Positions 1-12,450 of a stretch of DNA of 64,000 nt are shown piece after piece. The notes under the pieces are model-generated. The model had not been told where the DNA came from, ran no database searches, and was given only the letters and a program-made list of their open reading frames with translations. A program made the translations under genes and the position numbers. Source of the DNA: Octopus vulgaris (Eukaryota); contig OX597814.1 in NCBI GenBank assembly GCA_951406725.2, positions 211,048,001 to 211,112,000 of the forward strand, given 5' to 3'. The number at the start of each line of letters is the position of its first letter. Within the stretch, counting starts at the first letter, position 1.

Positions 1-603
1 TATATATGCCCACACACGCATACATACTTGCTGACGTACACTCAGCTTTGTACCTGTTGGATACTAAACATTCATACATGAGTGCTATTAAAAAAACAGA
101 GACTCCGTATGAAAATATAAATGATAATCTCGAACTATTTTCAAATAAAAGATTTGTATCGTTTCTTTATAAAATGATGAACATTTTTGATATATATTGA
201 AAACTCCGGCAACGGTGACGACATCTTTCCCTTTTATACACATATAAATCATTATATAGTGCAATTGTTAGACTTACCTTAAATGTTTTTTTTACCCCTT
301 CCCGAAACGGTACTTCCAGTTCTCTAAATTTTTGTGGAAAGTTTTTTTTTCTCTCTCTCAATTTCTCCTACTTTAAGTAACTCACACGCACGGACTTTTA
401 TTTCAAACATGTAATATTGATTACTTAATATTTACTATTTAATGTTTACGTAGAAAGAGCCTAACCAAACTTCGTACATTTTTTATCGAGATTCTTCCTA
501 AGCTGCCAGAGATACTGGCAGACAATCACAACACCTTGCAGTTTTGATCAACAGTTGCACCGTAAACAAATTTCCACACACCTCTTTTCATTTGATTGAT
601 AAG

Positions 604-978
604 ATGGGATGGAAGCACTCCGTCGGTTACGACGATGAGGGTTCCAGTTGATCCGATCAACAGAACAGCCTGCTCGTGAAATTAACGTGTAAGTGGCTGA
701 GCACTCCACAGACACGGGTACTCTTAACGTAGTTCTCGGGGATATTCAGCGTGACAAGGCCGGCCCTTTGAAATACAGGTACAACAGAAACAGGAAGTAA
801 GAGTGAGAGAAAGTTGTGGTGAAAGAGTACAGCAGGGATCACCACCATCCCTGCCGGAGCCTCGTGGTGCTTTAGGTGTTTTCGCTCAATAAACACTCAC
901 AACGCCCGGTCTGGGAATCGAAACCGCGATCCTACGACCGCGAGTCCGCTGCCCTAACCACTGGGCCATTGCGCCTCC
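604..978 (-). mobile_element. tRNA-derived SINE, family A (resembles Octopus OK/OR tRNA-Arg-type SINEs), near full length
   Basis: Minus strand begins GGAGGCGCAATGGCCCAGTGG (A box) ... GTTTCGATTCC (B box), followed by a ~300 nt non-tRNA body; diverged relatives at 25920-26208 and 27270-27533. Confidence 0.8.
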
Positions 979-1644
979 TGATTGATAAGAATCACATTCG
1001 CGTCCACACGTTGTCATATATTTATGAACGTACAACACTCATCCACCACACATATGTATGTATATATAAATGTAACAGTGTGTGTATATATATAGGACTC
1101 GTCTACGTATATATTTGTGATTTGATATGCTAGCCTAAATGTGAATTTACGTATGAAGGTTTGACTGCTCATTTATCGTGAAATCGTTTACGAACTTAGC
1201 CTAATGCAATTTCCTGCTCAAGCAGCTGTGTCATTGCCTGGGCCTGCTATGGAAAACGTATCCTCTGTTGAGGGTGTGTATTTGGGTTTAATATCAAATA
1301 AATAAATATCTTAACAAATAATAATTTGCAAAATGAACTGCACATGAATTAATCATTGAGTTTCACCCTTGCTAATATGCAGAAAGCGAATATAAAAAAA
1401 AAATTGTAATCCTGCTATCTATCATATTTATGTATTATATCATATTCCATAATTATATTACATTTCATTTATGCGGTGAGCTATCTGATCGATATGTGCT
1501 TAGGGCATTTCATTGGTCATTAGTTTCGGAGGTCCAATCGTGGCATGGTTCATTTTACCTTTCGTCCTTTCCATTAAATAATACCAGTTGTAAAGTTTGA
1601 TCCGACACCGCAAAATATCATGTCTCATGCCTATACAAGAAAGG

Positions 1645-1691
<47 letters not shown>

Positions 1692-1694
1692 ATA

Positions 1695-1949
1695 CCGGAG
1701 TAAACACATAAATGTGAAACAAGGTGGAAAAAAAGAGTACTCAAATACCAGTGGTAGAGTAATATGCTTTATTTCAAGCAGCAGAAAATTCAACAAAACC
1801 TGTTACTCTGAGTTTCCCGTTGCCGTTCATCGGACAGTTTTTGCTAGAATAGAACCGATATGACATATCGGTTCTATTCTAGCAAAAACTGTCCGATGAA
1901 CGGCAACGGAAACTCAGAATAACAGGTTTTGTTGAATTTTCTTGCTTGA

Positions 1950-1954
<5 letters not shown>
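1695..1954 (-). mobile_element. Fold-back PLE-derived element in (TA)n: inverted repeat 1769-1954 (centre 1863) plus unique tail 1695-1768
   Basis: ~93 bp arms are reverse complements around CCGATATG-A-CATATCGG; flanked on both sides by (TA)n; HHR followed by AATAAA on the minus strand. Confidence 0.85.
1800..1837 (-). ncRNA. Minimal type I hammerhead ribozyme, variant core CCGAUGA
   Basis: ctgt-CCGATGA-acg gcaa cgg-GAAA-ctc a gag-TA-acag: stem I ctgt/acag, stem III ACTC/GAGT, GUA cleavage triplet; mirror copy on + strand at 1889-1925 has a stem III substitution. Confidence 0.7.
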
Positions 1955-2019
<65 letters not shown>

Positions 2020-2296
2020 AGATAGATAGATAGATATGTTTATATAGTTAAACAGATAAATAGTAATATATACACACAGATTTTAAAACGATATATAATA
2101 TATCTGATGAAATATAATTATAGTGCTTTCGGGATTTATTGAGTTCTTCAGATTTAACTTTGACAAGATATGCGTTGGTTTTCGTTCAAGTCATTGAAAT
2201 AGATGTCTTGACAAAGGTTTGTTGAATTTTTCTAGTCTTTCTTCTCTCTGATTTGCTTTCCCGACAGCATAAATTATATTTATAATATCTCTGTGG

Positions 2297-2302
<6 letters not shown>

Positions 2303-2327
<25 letters not shown>

Positions 2328-2342
2328 TTTTCTCTCTCTCTT

Positions 2343-2405
<63 letters not shown>

Positions 2406-2550
2406 TTCTCTCTTTCTCTCTCTCTCTTTCTCTCTCTCTCCCTTTCACACACACTTTCTTTTCCCGTCTATCACTATTTCAGTCTTTCTCTTACTGTCTC
2501 TCTCTGTTTCTGTCTCTTCTGTCTGCCTCTCTCTTTCTCTCTCTCTCTCT
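2303..2550. repeat. (CT)n/(CTTT) microsatellite
   Basis: Direct inspection. Confidence 0.95.
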
Positions 2551-5500
2551 TGTATTCGATTTATAAAAACAAAAAGGGTAAATTTTTAAAATGTAATATT
2601 TCATTAGAAAATATCAAAGGATATGCCCTGAATGTCCGTCTGCTTTTCCGTGTTGATAGATCCTATGTTTTAGAACGTTAATAGCCATTTTATAACTTTC
2701 CGGATAATTACCGACTTTATTTAAGCTACATCCTTCAGATCAAGATTTTGGTTGATGGACATTTTCTTTATGAATGAGAGGATTGCATAGTAGTTAGCAG
2801 AAATAGCATTACACTGTAACTGTAATGAAACGCCCCAAAAATGTAAATGGCTCTAAAAAGGAAAGGCTATTGAAAAGTGCATGAAGGAAGGGAAAATTAA
2901 TGGAGACAGAAATGACAGAAACGGGATAATAATGGAGCAAAATTTACGCGCTGACAAGTAGGGTGAGCTTCCGTGTGCACTCTTCTTTACTAATCGCTTG
3001 AAAAATTGCCAAAAAAAAAATATATGGTCCAATATTCACCAAATTTTAACAAATGGAAATGAAAAGAGTTACTCAACGTTCCTAATGAACGTATTTTTTT
3101 TTATTACTATCTATTATAGCCATCAAAATTTGTATGACATTGGGACAAAAAGCTTGCCTATGTAGTTACGGTCCCTTTACAGTGTGAGCTGTGCTCGAAC
3201 CCTACTCATATTTGCCTTTCATCTTTCTGGGATCATTAAAATAAAGTACCACTTTAATCCTAATCGATCTGAACAAATGTCCTCGAATACATGGCCTTAT
3301 GGCAATATTAACAATCAATATTTGAGAGACGTTACTATCTGATTCTAAGATAGCATTTATCTATTGTACACGAAATATTAATAGTATCTTTGTTGCTTTT
3401 AATTTTTAGTGTATTTGATGTAATTTTATGCAATAACCTGCAGGTTACAAAGATAAACTAATCCCTCTCCGCTAATTATGATAAACCAGGACTTTTCCAT
3501 GTTTTGTCAAAAAACGAATGTAATCGATAAAAGTAGTGATCAAAGTAGTAAGGGTTACAAAATAGGTCTACCAAAAAACTTAAACTTGAAAAATCAAGAA
3601 TGTTTTAAAACATATTCCTCTGATAATTTGAAGCTATTCATAACTTTTCATAATTCGTTTCTTAGGCGCTGCAAATATTTCAAAGAAAAACTAAAAGATT
3701 CCAAATGGATGATACTCTGTGGAGAACTGAACAGATTTATAGTTTAGGTTTGCTGCTGCAAATCTGAGAAGTAACAAGGTTGACGAGAGGTGGCGAAATG
3801 AGTGGGTCAGTGTACCTAATGGAGCACGGACGCAACCCATTTGCACTGGGCTGCGGAGGATACCGAATTAATAGTTATATACTATACACAGATAAAAGAC
3901 TTTACAAATGTGGTCTGAGACTGGTGTGTTTCTATTAATAGTTTAATTTATGTGGCGTTTCACTGGCTTTACCTAAGGTGACTCTGAGTGCAGCAGCGTC
4001 GCAAATTAGAAGCAAAACGCATAAGTACAATAAGATGTGTGTTAAAGAATTAATCACGGAAATTAAGATGGGGTAACTCGCAAAATTGTTTATATATTAA
4101 ATCTGCTCTCGAATTGCGAATATTGGAAGTATATAGTACATATAACATTATCTGGGCTTTCTCTCATTAATTATAAGTATTTGTTTCCAGGCAATTCTAT
4201 TTTAAGACAGACAGCTATAAATAATCATGTGAAACTGTTATATATATATATAAAAAGATCATGTATATTTATAAAAGTTTAACAAATCGAAATGATAATA
4301 GAATGTTTGGAATTTTGCCCCTTAAGTATGCTCTAGAGTTGTTTCTTCTCATTGATTATTTTTTCATGCGAGATCGAAGTACAAGAATGAAAGAAATAAT
4401 AATTTCCTCTACATTCAGATTCAGATAGACAATGTTATCACATTTATTTCCGCTAACAATATTCGAGCTTCTTTTCAGTACTGTCATAATTTTAATAGAC
4501 AGCATTATAATTAAGCTTAATGGCACATTTCCGTGTTATTTGTCAACTGAAATGAAATTAGCAAGTTTTAATTAGTATATGATGCAATAATATTATAGCA
4601 AGTCTTCGTTATTTTTTATATGCATATTTCTTGCTTTGTGTATATCACTATAAATAATTTAACAATTTATATATATTGAACTAAACGTCATTAAACCAGA
4701 GAAACATTTCGCAGTCCAATAATATATATTACGTACATTGATTTAAATATATATTACATAGAAACATATTCTCAAGTGAATATTGGCGACGATCTAATAT
4801 CCCAGATCAAGAAATGTGCGCAACGCATATACGAGATGTACAGCATCGTTGATGCAGCATTCCTATATTAATTCAATGTAAGATTAAAATATACTGATAA
4901 AATAATTGATATGTGTTAGGAGGAGGCATATACATTCGGTGAAGAAATATAACAAGGAGTCCAGTATACGCCGTGATCCCACCTACTAACCCGGTGTACC
5001 CAATTACTAAGTCTGCATTCGAAAACGGCTGCTCATAATACAACTGCCTGTTGTAAGAGTAATAATTGATATTTTTGATAGAAAATATGCATTTTTAATG
5101 ACTGGAAAACATCGAACCCTGAAAATCCGAATATATCACCCAGTACTAGGATATACAATGCTTTGTGTCCAGACAATGATGACCACACACATTCAGGCAT
5201 TTCGACAATGCAATGCCACTAGATACCACTGACGACCTAACCGCATCAATTTCAGTATATTAGAAACCACTCCTACAGGCCCATGCTTCAAGCAGTGATG
5301 ATAGGATGTTGCATAAATTTTGGAGCATTAGATCTGCTGTCACTGCGTCATCGTTCCAACGACACGTCCGATATGACTAAAGGGGATAAATTTCTCCCTA
5401 TACAAAAGAAGCCATTTATTTTCTTTTTCCACTCTGTCAGCACATGTCGGAAGAACTATTGTGATTTTGTTTGTTTTTGTGTTATCCATGAGGAGCAAAA

Positions 5501-5626
5501 TGAATGAGTTATTAAAAAAAACACAAATCCGCTAGATATACTGAGTGATAAATGTGTTAATTTTCTTACACACTCATGTATATATGTATGCATACACACA
5601 AACACGCGTCCGAGTAAGCATGTATG

Positions 5627-5660
<34 letters not shown>

Positions 5661-5663
<3 letters not shown>

Positions 5664-5806
5664 CTTTACTACTCACAAGGGACTAAACAGAGAGCAGACA
5701 AACAAGGACAGACAAAGGGATTAAGTCGATTACATCGACCCCGGTGCGTAACTGGTACTTAATTTATCAACCCCAAAAGGATGAAAGGCAAATTCAACCT
5801 CGGCGG

Positions 5807-5809
<3 letters not shown>
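5661..5809 (-). mobile_element. SINE family B (Meta-SINE-like central domain), 5'-truncated
   Basis: Matches 32261-32473 (CCGCCGAGGTTGAATTTGCCTTTCATCCTTTTGGGGTTGATAAATTAAGTACCAG...). Confidence 0.85.
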
Positions 5810-5855
<46 letters not shown>

Positions 5856-5864
5856 TACACACAG

Positions 5865-5931
<67 letters not shown>

Positions 5932-6519
5932 TACACACAGACACACACACATATATATATATATATACACACATACATATAATAGGCATATGCGTAGCAT
6001 TCAATGGGGTTACATGTTTTATTTAAAAGTTTTATAAAATGGCACGTCCTATAACAAACGATGGGTATTTTAATGAATGTTCAATATGCAACGTATTTAA
6101 GATGTGCATGTTTCATTGTTTGTGTGAAGTCTCTGTATTTGCGTGTGTCCATGTATGCCTGTATGTGTGTGTGTGTGGCATGTGTCTGTGTGTGCGCGCG
6201 CGCGTGCGTGTATGTGTGTATTTTTCTGTATGTATATTTAAACATCGAGCACATAGAACAAAAACGCGTATTCTGATATATTTACAAATCTCGAGCTTTG
6301 AATACAAATTATATAACTTAGTGAAAATCTCCGGTAAAGCTTTCAGTTTTGTTTGGACAAAAAGTGTTGCTATATCTACAACTGAAAAATTCTCTGAGTA
6401 CGACTCAATGAAATGAAAATTCTTGATTTACTCTCCCCTACATTGCGAGGCTCCTATTACCTCACACACCCACTGGTTTCAGTCTTCTATCAGAGTGAGG
6501 TCAAACTAACTTGTATTAG

Positions 6520-6928
6520 TTAAGTAGCTTGCTAACCAACCACATGGTTCCGGGTTCAGTCCCACTGCGTGGCATCTTGGGCAAGTGTCCTCTGCTATAG
6601 CCCTGAGCCGACCAATGCCGTGTGAGTGGATTTGGTAGATGGAAACTGAAAGAAGCCTGTCGTATATATGTATATATATATATATATATGTATGTATGTG
6701 TGTTTGTATGTGTGTTTGTTTGTGTGTCTGTGTTTGTGTACCCCCCAAACATCGCTTGACAACCGATGCTGGTGTGTTTATGTCCCCGTTACTTAGCGGT
6801 TCGGCAAAAGAGACCGATATAATAAGTACTGGGCTTACAAAAAGAATAAGTCCCGGGGTCGAGTTGCTCGATTAAAGGCGGTGCTCCAGCATGGCCTCAG
6901 TGAAATGACTAAAACAAGTAAAAGAGTA
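6520..6928 (+). mobile_element. SINE family C (tRNA-like head, internal TA/TG microsatellite)
   Basis: GGTTCAGTCCC B-box-like motif, CTTGGGCAAGT core, tail GGCGGTGCTCCAGCATGGCC...AAACAAGTAAAAGAG; highly similar to 47252-47663 (-). Confidence 0.85.
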
Positions 6929-7089
6929 TAGACATTAGTTTTTTCCGTTTACTCTGACAACTTGTTTATTCGATGGTAATATGGGTATAAACGCGTACAT
7001 ATCTACATGCATATTTACATATACATAAGCGTATGAATCTCCATATGTGTGAGCATGTGAAAAATTATAGAATATATATATATATATAT

Positions 7090-7536
7090 ATTATATAAAA
7101 GGGCTTAGTAAAATAAATTACTTTGCCGCATACTGAACTCATTAGAAATAGCAGCCAAAAAACTTTTTTTAAACTATTTCTAATACTTAAAGAAAATCTC
7201 TCTCATATATAGTGTTTGCTTAATTCAACTCACAAAAGTTTGGGGGTAAGGACATCAAAAAATCAATTGCAATTGATTTTTTGATGTCCTTACCCCAAAC
7301 TTTCGTGAGTTGAGTTAAGCAAGCACTATATGAGAGAGATTTTCTTTAAGTATTAGAAATAGTTTAAAAAAAGTTTTTTAGCTGCTATTTCTAATGAGTT
7401 CAGTATGCGGCAAAGTAATTTATTTTACTAAGCCCTTTTATATAATGTAATAATTTGAATTCGCCTTAAATGGTCCCTTTGCATACTGAACACTTGGTGA
7501 AATTGATTAATAATTAATTAATTTTACCCTCAATTG

Positions 7537-7540
<4 letters not shown>
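7090..7540 (+). mobile_element. Fold-back element in (TA)n: inverted repeat 7090-7446 (no spacer, centre 7269/7270) plus ~95 bp tail
   Basis: ~178 bp arms nearly identical as reverse complements around AATCAATTG|CAATTGATT; (TA)n on both sides. Confidence 0.85.
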
Positions 7541-7583
<43 letters not shown>

Positions 7584-7768
7584 TATATATACACACATTT
7601 ATGTAAATATGGTCCACTTATACAATTTTATTGAATGCGCATCTATGTGCAAACAACTATTTGGATACGAATCTAAAAGGAAGTAGTTATTGATGTCGTT
7701 GCTATTATGCTAATATTTCAAACAGAATTACACGTTGAAGATAATTTCCGATTTAATATCCATTTGAA

Positions 7769-7812
<44 letters not shown>

Positions 7813-8340
7813 TTTTTGTGTGAAGTGTATGTTGCATCATGTGAGAAATGAATATAAACATTTTACCGGTTCTCCTTTTAAATTCAATTTAATATGAATC
7901 ATTCACTGCAAACGATTCTAGTATTTTACGAAATGCTCTATGTAAATATTTAGTTAAATAATCTATGATTAAAATGGTCAGGTACATCTGGTAGCAAAAG
8001 ATTATGTTCATATGTTGTGCAGTGCCTTTTCCCACGCTTCTTCAATATTATATATTACAAGCACACTCGTATATATACATATATATAGCTGGCTGAACAT
8101 TATGCACGTCATGAGGTATTTTGGAGTGCTGATGAAATGACTCGCACTATGGAATGACTGAATGTGAGGACCTTTAGAGAGATGATGAAAAGTATGTGTG
8201 TCAATAAAAGGTGTATCAGGATGCATGCCCGGGATGTACTTCTGGGAAAAAAATAATGGGTGTGATTAAAAATAATATGGCCTGGTTTGAAGAAAAAAAT
8301 GTTTCGAAACGACCGACTTGATGCATATTGGGTGTTATGC

Positions 8341-8366
<26 letters not shown>

Positions 8367-8372
<6 letters not shown>

Positions 8373-8548
8373 CAAAATGGGACAAGAAAACATCCAGATA
8401 GACGATACAAAGAAAACAATTCGAAGTTTTCTTTCTTCAGTACCAGATTATTTTCGCAATTTCGGCTGATTAGAGTTGAGATTGCTCCAACCTGGCCAGC
8501 CCCAAGGAAACACTAAGCTAAGAGCCTTAGATTCCTAGGAAGAAAGCA
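8367..8548 (-). mobile_element. Probable PLE terminal fragment abutting (TA)n, with a degenerate HHR-like motif
   Basis: Minus strand CTGAAGA-aag aaaa ctt-cGAA at 8419-8440, then a pyrimidine-rich tail ending at (TA)n; stem III missing. Confidence 0.35.
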
Positions 8549-9009
8549 GAAAAAAAAACGGATGGGAAAAACGGACAATGTTACACATATACCATAAAAA
8601 ATGCTTGCTTCTTCTTTTTCGAGATCAGTGAATTTTCGCCACTGGAAAAAGTAAATGTATTTGTATTGAGAAGTCAATTCTTATCCCCAGGCGGAGGTTG
8701 TCGCACGCTAATCACAGGTTATTACTCAGAAACTCAGGTCCGTATGTATCACGCCAGATTGGAAATGGGAACTATGATTTCCCTTTGCAAATATTGAAAG
8801 GGCACAGTGTGTCAATAACCAGCTGGAGCAGATGTCATCCTGGGGCTATAAACCACAGTAGCATCGTCCCTTATGGATCAGCCACATTTAGGTGGCAAAT
8901 ATACTTCATGATGTCCTTTAGCTACTGTTTATATTTCGCTCAGAGTTTTATTATTGCTTATATATTTATATAAATATACATACAGGTATAAATATTTATA
9001 TATATATAC

Positions 9010-9211
9010 TCTTTTCTACTCTAGGCACATTTTTTTGCGAGGCGGGGAGGCGGACAGTCGAATAGATTAACTCCCGTACCCAACTGGTACTAACTTTATC
9101 GACCCCGAAATACAAAATTCGACTTCGGTGGAATTTGAATTGAGAATGTGAAGACAGATGAAATAACGCTAGAGCATTTTGCACGGCGTGCTAACATTCC
9201 AGTCAGCTTGC

Positions 9212-9213
<2 letters not shown>
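9010..9213 (-). mobile_element. SINE family B-related, diverged
   Basis: Minus strand GGCAAGCTGACTGGAATGTTAGCACGCCG...CAATTCAAATTCCACCGAAGTCGA...TTTCGGGGTCGATAAAG...GTACCAG. Confidence 0.75.
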
Positions 9214-9264
<51 letters not shown>

Positions 9265-9323
9265 CATTATTGGTGAATTGAAGAAATGGAGCTGAACGCA
9301 GATTGAACAGAAATCGTTTTATT

Positions 9324-9408
9324 TCATTCTACACGTGTTTCGAAAGGCACAAATTACCAAAATCCGATGGAATAATGGGACCATATTGTGTCTTTCTCTT
9401 CAGGAAGA
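9324..9408 (-). ncRNA. Type I hammerhead ribozyme, mirror copy
   Basis: Reverse complement of 9576-9660. Confidence 0.8.
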
Positions 9409-9575
9409 AAATAGGAAATCCGTTGGAAAAACAAAAACAGAACAGAGGCGGAGCAAAAACAAATCGAACTATGCTCCTAAGAGCCCATGGTTTCGCCATG
9501 GGCTCTTAGGAGCATAGTTCGATTTGTTTTGCTCCGCCTCTGTTCTGTTTTTGTTTTTCCAACGGATTTCTATTT

Positions 9576-9660
9576 TCTTCCTGAAGAGAAAGACACAATA
9601 TGGTCCCATTATTCCATCGGATTTTGGTAATTTGTGCCTTTCGAAACACGTGTAGAATGA
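9576..9660 (+). ncRNA. Type I hammerhead ribozyme with canonical core and palindromic stem III
   Basis: ttc-CTGAAGA-gaaagacacaa...ttgtgcctttc-GAAA-cacgtg-TA-gaa; stem II ~10 bp, stem III ACACGTGT loopless palindrome, GUA cleavage after 9654, AATAAA at 9661. Confidence 0.85.
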
Positions 9661-10629
9661 AATAAAACGATTTCTGTTCAATCTGCGTTCAGCTCCATTT
9701 CTTCAATTCACCAATAATGTTCTAATTTCAATTATCCGCACCAACGCACGGTTGCAACACCATATGGTTGTACCTCCAACCGAGCTGTTTTACTGCTGTG
9801 ATTTTTGCTACTAAGGTATCGGTTAAACTTTTGATTAATCTACTACAAGATTATTCATCTTTCTATTTCACATAATATATATATATATATATATATAATA
9901 TTGTACAATGATGTCAGTAAATAGGTTTCAATCTGTATAATGCTGCTTAAATTTCGAAAGCAGATTTTATTGAAATGACATTTAAAGATTGCTTACATTT
10001 ACAAGACGAAAATGACAATAAAGATAGAAATACAGAAAGTTAGGAAGAAAGAAAGAAACGATGATGGTAGACTGATATGACAAAGAAAATCCAGTGGGGA
10101 AATGTCCAAAATCAAATAAGGAGCACAATAAAACCTTAAATGTATTTAAAACGTATTCACGACTCTTTCAAAATTGCTTTGGCTGTAACCCGATTCGAGT
10201 ATTATAAGATGAGATATTACCATGGTGTAATATAGAATTTATCGTGTTAATTAGATACTCGTATAAGACGTGGATATCAATCACAGACACGTAGACATAA
10301 CTATATACATACACACTCTGTTGCAGTGTATTCATTCATATAATCCTAGAAGCGAACATGAAGGATTCTCAGTATAAAGAGGATACTTTCTGTCATTTGT
10401 CACTATTTAGAATTTATAAGGATACTTTCTTACTTTATAGTGAAGCGACAGTTATACACAGTTTTGTTTCTAGTTAAGTATGCAATGTTAGAATATCGTA
10501 GTTTTGTTTCCCATGTATATTCTGCTCTACTTATCTTGACAACCCTTCCTGAATTTAACACGCATCATAAGGAAAGGTGTCTTGTTTCATCAGTACAATG
10601 TTCCAACACACAAGTTCTGGAGATTGGGT

Positions 10630-10770
10630 GCCAAATTCACAGCTTCGTCTACGAAGATCACAAATAAGTACCAGTTATGCACTGGGGTCGATGTAATCGA
10701 CTTAAACTTTTTGTCTGTCCTTGTTTGTTCCCTCTGTGTTTAGCCTCTTGTGGATATTAAAGAAATAGGT
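10630..10770 (+). mobile_element. SINE family B 3' part
   Basis: AAATAAGTACCAGTTATGCACTGGGGTCGATGTAATCGACTTAA...AAAGAAATAGG. Confidence 0.8.
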
Positions 10771-11619
10771 ATTGGTCTTTTTATTGCCATATTTCTATAT
10801 TGCCAGGAATTATGAGCTTTAGAATCCGACACTTCGTTTTCAGTCTTGCCTTAAACCCGGACACACAATGTCTTGCCTTAAACACGGACACACAGGAGGA
10901 AGAGTAAAATACATCGCTACTTGGAAATATCAAGCGACATATTAAATTTTGTGTTCAAAGGATTTTCAAATATCCACTCAATAGATTTAAGAGAAGACAC
11001 AATACGCACGATACTATCGCAGTTTACAAAGGAAATTTTATAAGTACCCACACCGATTACAAGCATATAATCAAACTTACGCACACACATTTTATAAACG
11101 CCTCTGTACATCAACAGATACATGCATGCACAGGTTTATATACTATTAATGGCATACACACATATACAGTATCAAGAACATATCAAACGCATCTGAACAC
11201 AATATAAACACCCACGCACCCACATAACTTCCATACATGTGAAGATCTATCGAAACAGACTGACAGCACACGCCTGTTTGATATTGAGATATATGTAATA
11301 ATATTGCTAGCAATGAAAAGGAGAATAAAATGCAATGACATATATGTGGATAATTTTCTCAGGATGTCGCAAAAAATTGTCAGAATGCTCATTCAAAATA
11401 TACGGATAATATATTAGTAGCCCCGGTCTGAAATGAGCTTCATGACAGACCATCCGCATGACCAGACGTATATAGTTACAAATAAGATTTAGATAACAGT
11501 ATGAAATTAACAAATGAACATAGATGCATGAATGTATGTATGCACGCATGCATTTGTGCGTGTATGTATATACATACGCACACAAAGGTATACATACAAA
11601 CACATGCATATGCTTATAT

Positions 11620-11708
<89 letters not shown>

Positions 11709-11857
11709 ATGTATGTATGTTTGTATATATGTATATATATATATGTTTATATATATATCTACAATGTGGTTATTATAGTAGTTTTGACTTTGAGAGTCCC
11801 TCTTAGAGTGAGGCATTTATGTATAGTACTACCCTTAATATAAATAAGATATAAATA

Positions 11858-11899
<42 letters not shown>

Positions 11900-11902
<3 letters not shown>

Positions 11903-12257
11903 ACTTATAAACAAGGGCAAAAGGAAAATTAATTTCTATGCCAATATGCTGATAACAGATTTTAAATCGTCAATATCCACATATTTTATACCCGCTACAG
12001 AAATACGGTTGTGCTGATATCGAGGAAGCTAGCTTTCCTCGATTTCAGCACAATGTATTTCTGTAGCGGATATAAAATATGTGGACATTGACGATTTAAA
12101 AATCTGTTATCAGCATATTGGCATAGAAATAAATTTTCTTTTGCCCTTGTTTATAAGTTGTTTATAATTTTAACCTTAAAAGGTATTTTAAGATGCTGCC
12201 ACTTTTTTGAGGAAATATTGTTTCTGTAAAAAAAAATTCAACCTATATTTACTAGTA

Positions 12258-12259
<2 letters not shown>
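11900..12259 (+). mobile_element. Fold-back element in (TA)n: inverted repeat 11900-12161 (centre AGCT|AGCT at 12030/12031) plus ~100 bp tail
   Basis: ~130 bp arms are near reverse complements; (TA)n on both sides. Confidence 0.85.
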
Positions 12260-12294
<35 letters not shown>

Positions 12295-12397
12295 AGGTCT
12301 GATCAAAAGGTATCGTCACGGCTGGTTCAATGGAAAGGAAACTACAACAGATATCAAATCGGCATTTAGTCTCTTATATGTAAGTATATGTATGTAT

Positions 12398-12450
<53 letters not shown>

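Larger units (their letters stand above)
9263..9874 (+). mobile_element. Fold-back PLE-derived element in (TA)n: inverted repeat 9263-9721 (loop TTTCG 9491-9495) plus ~150 bp tail
   Basis: ~228 bp arms differ only by two 1-nt indels in homopolymers; also seen as mirror ORFs 9303..9509(+) and 9469..9681(-); (TA)n on both sides. Confidence 0.92.

Noticed and set aside
905-978. tRNA gene
   Set aside because: A and B boxes are present but there is no proper acceptor stem, and it continues into a repeated SINE body
9303-9681. Two nearly identical ORFs on opposite strands
   Set aside because: Consequence of the DNA palindrome; no protein features
10842-10894. 27-bp tandem duplication (also a 14-bp duplication at ~58521-58549)
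   Set aside because: Ordinary slippage duplications
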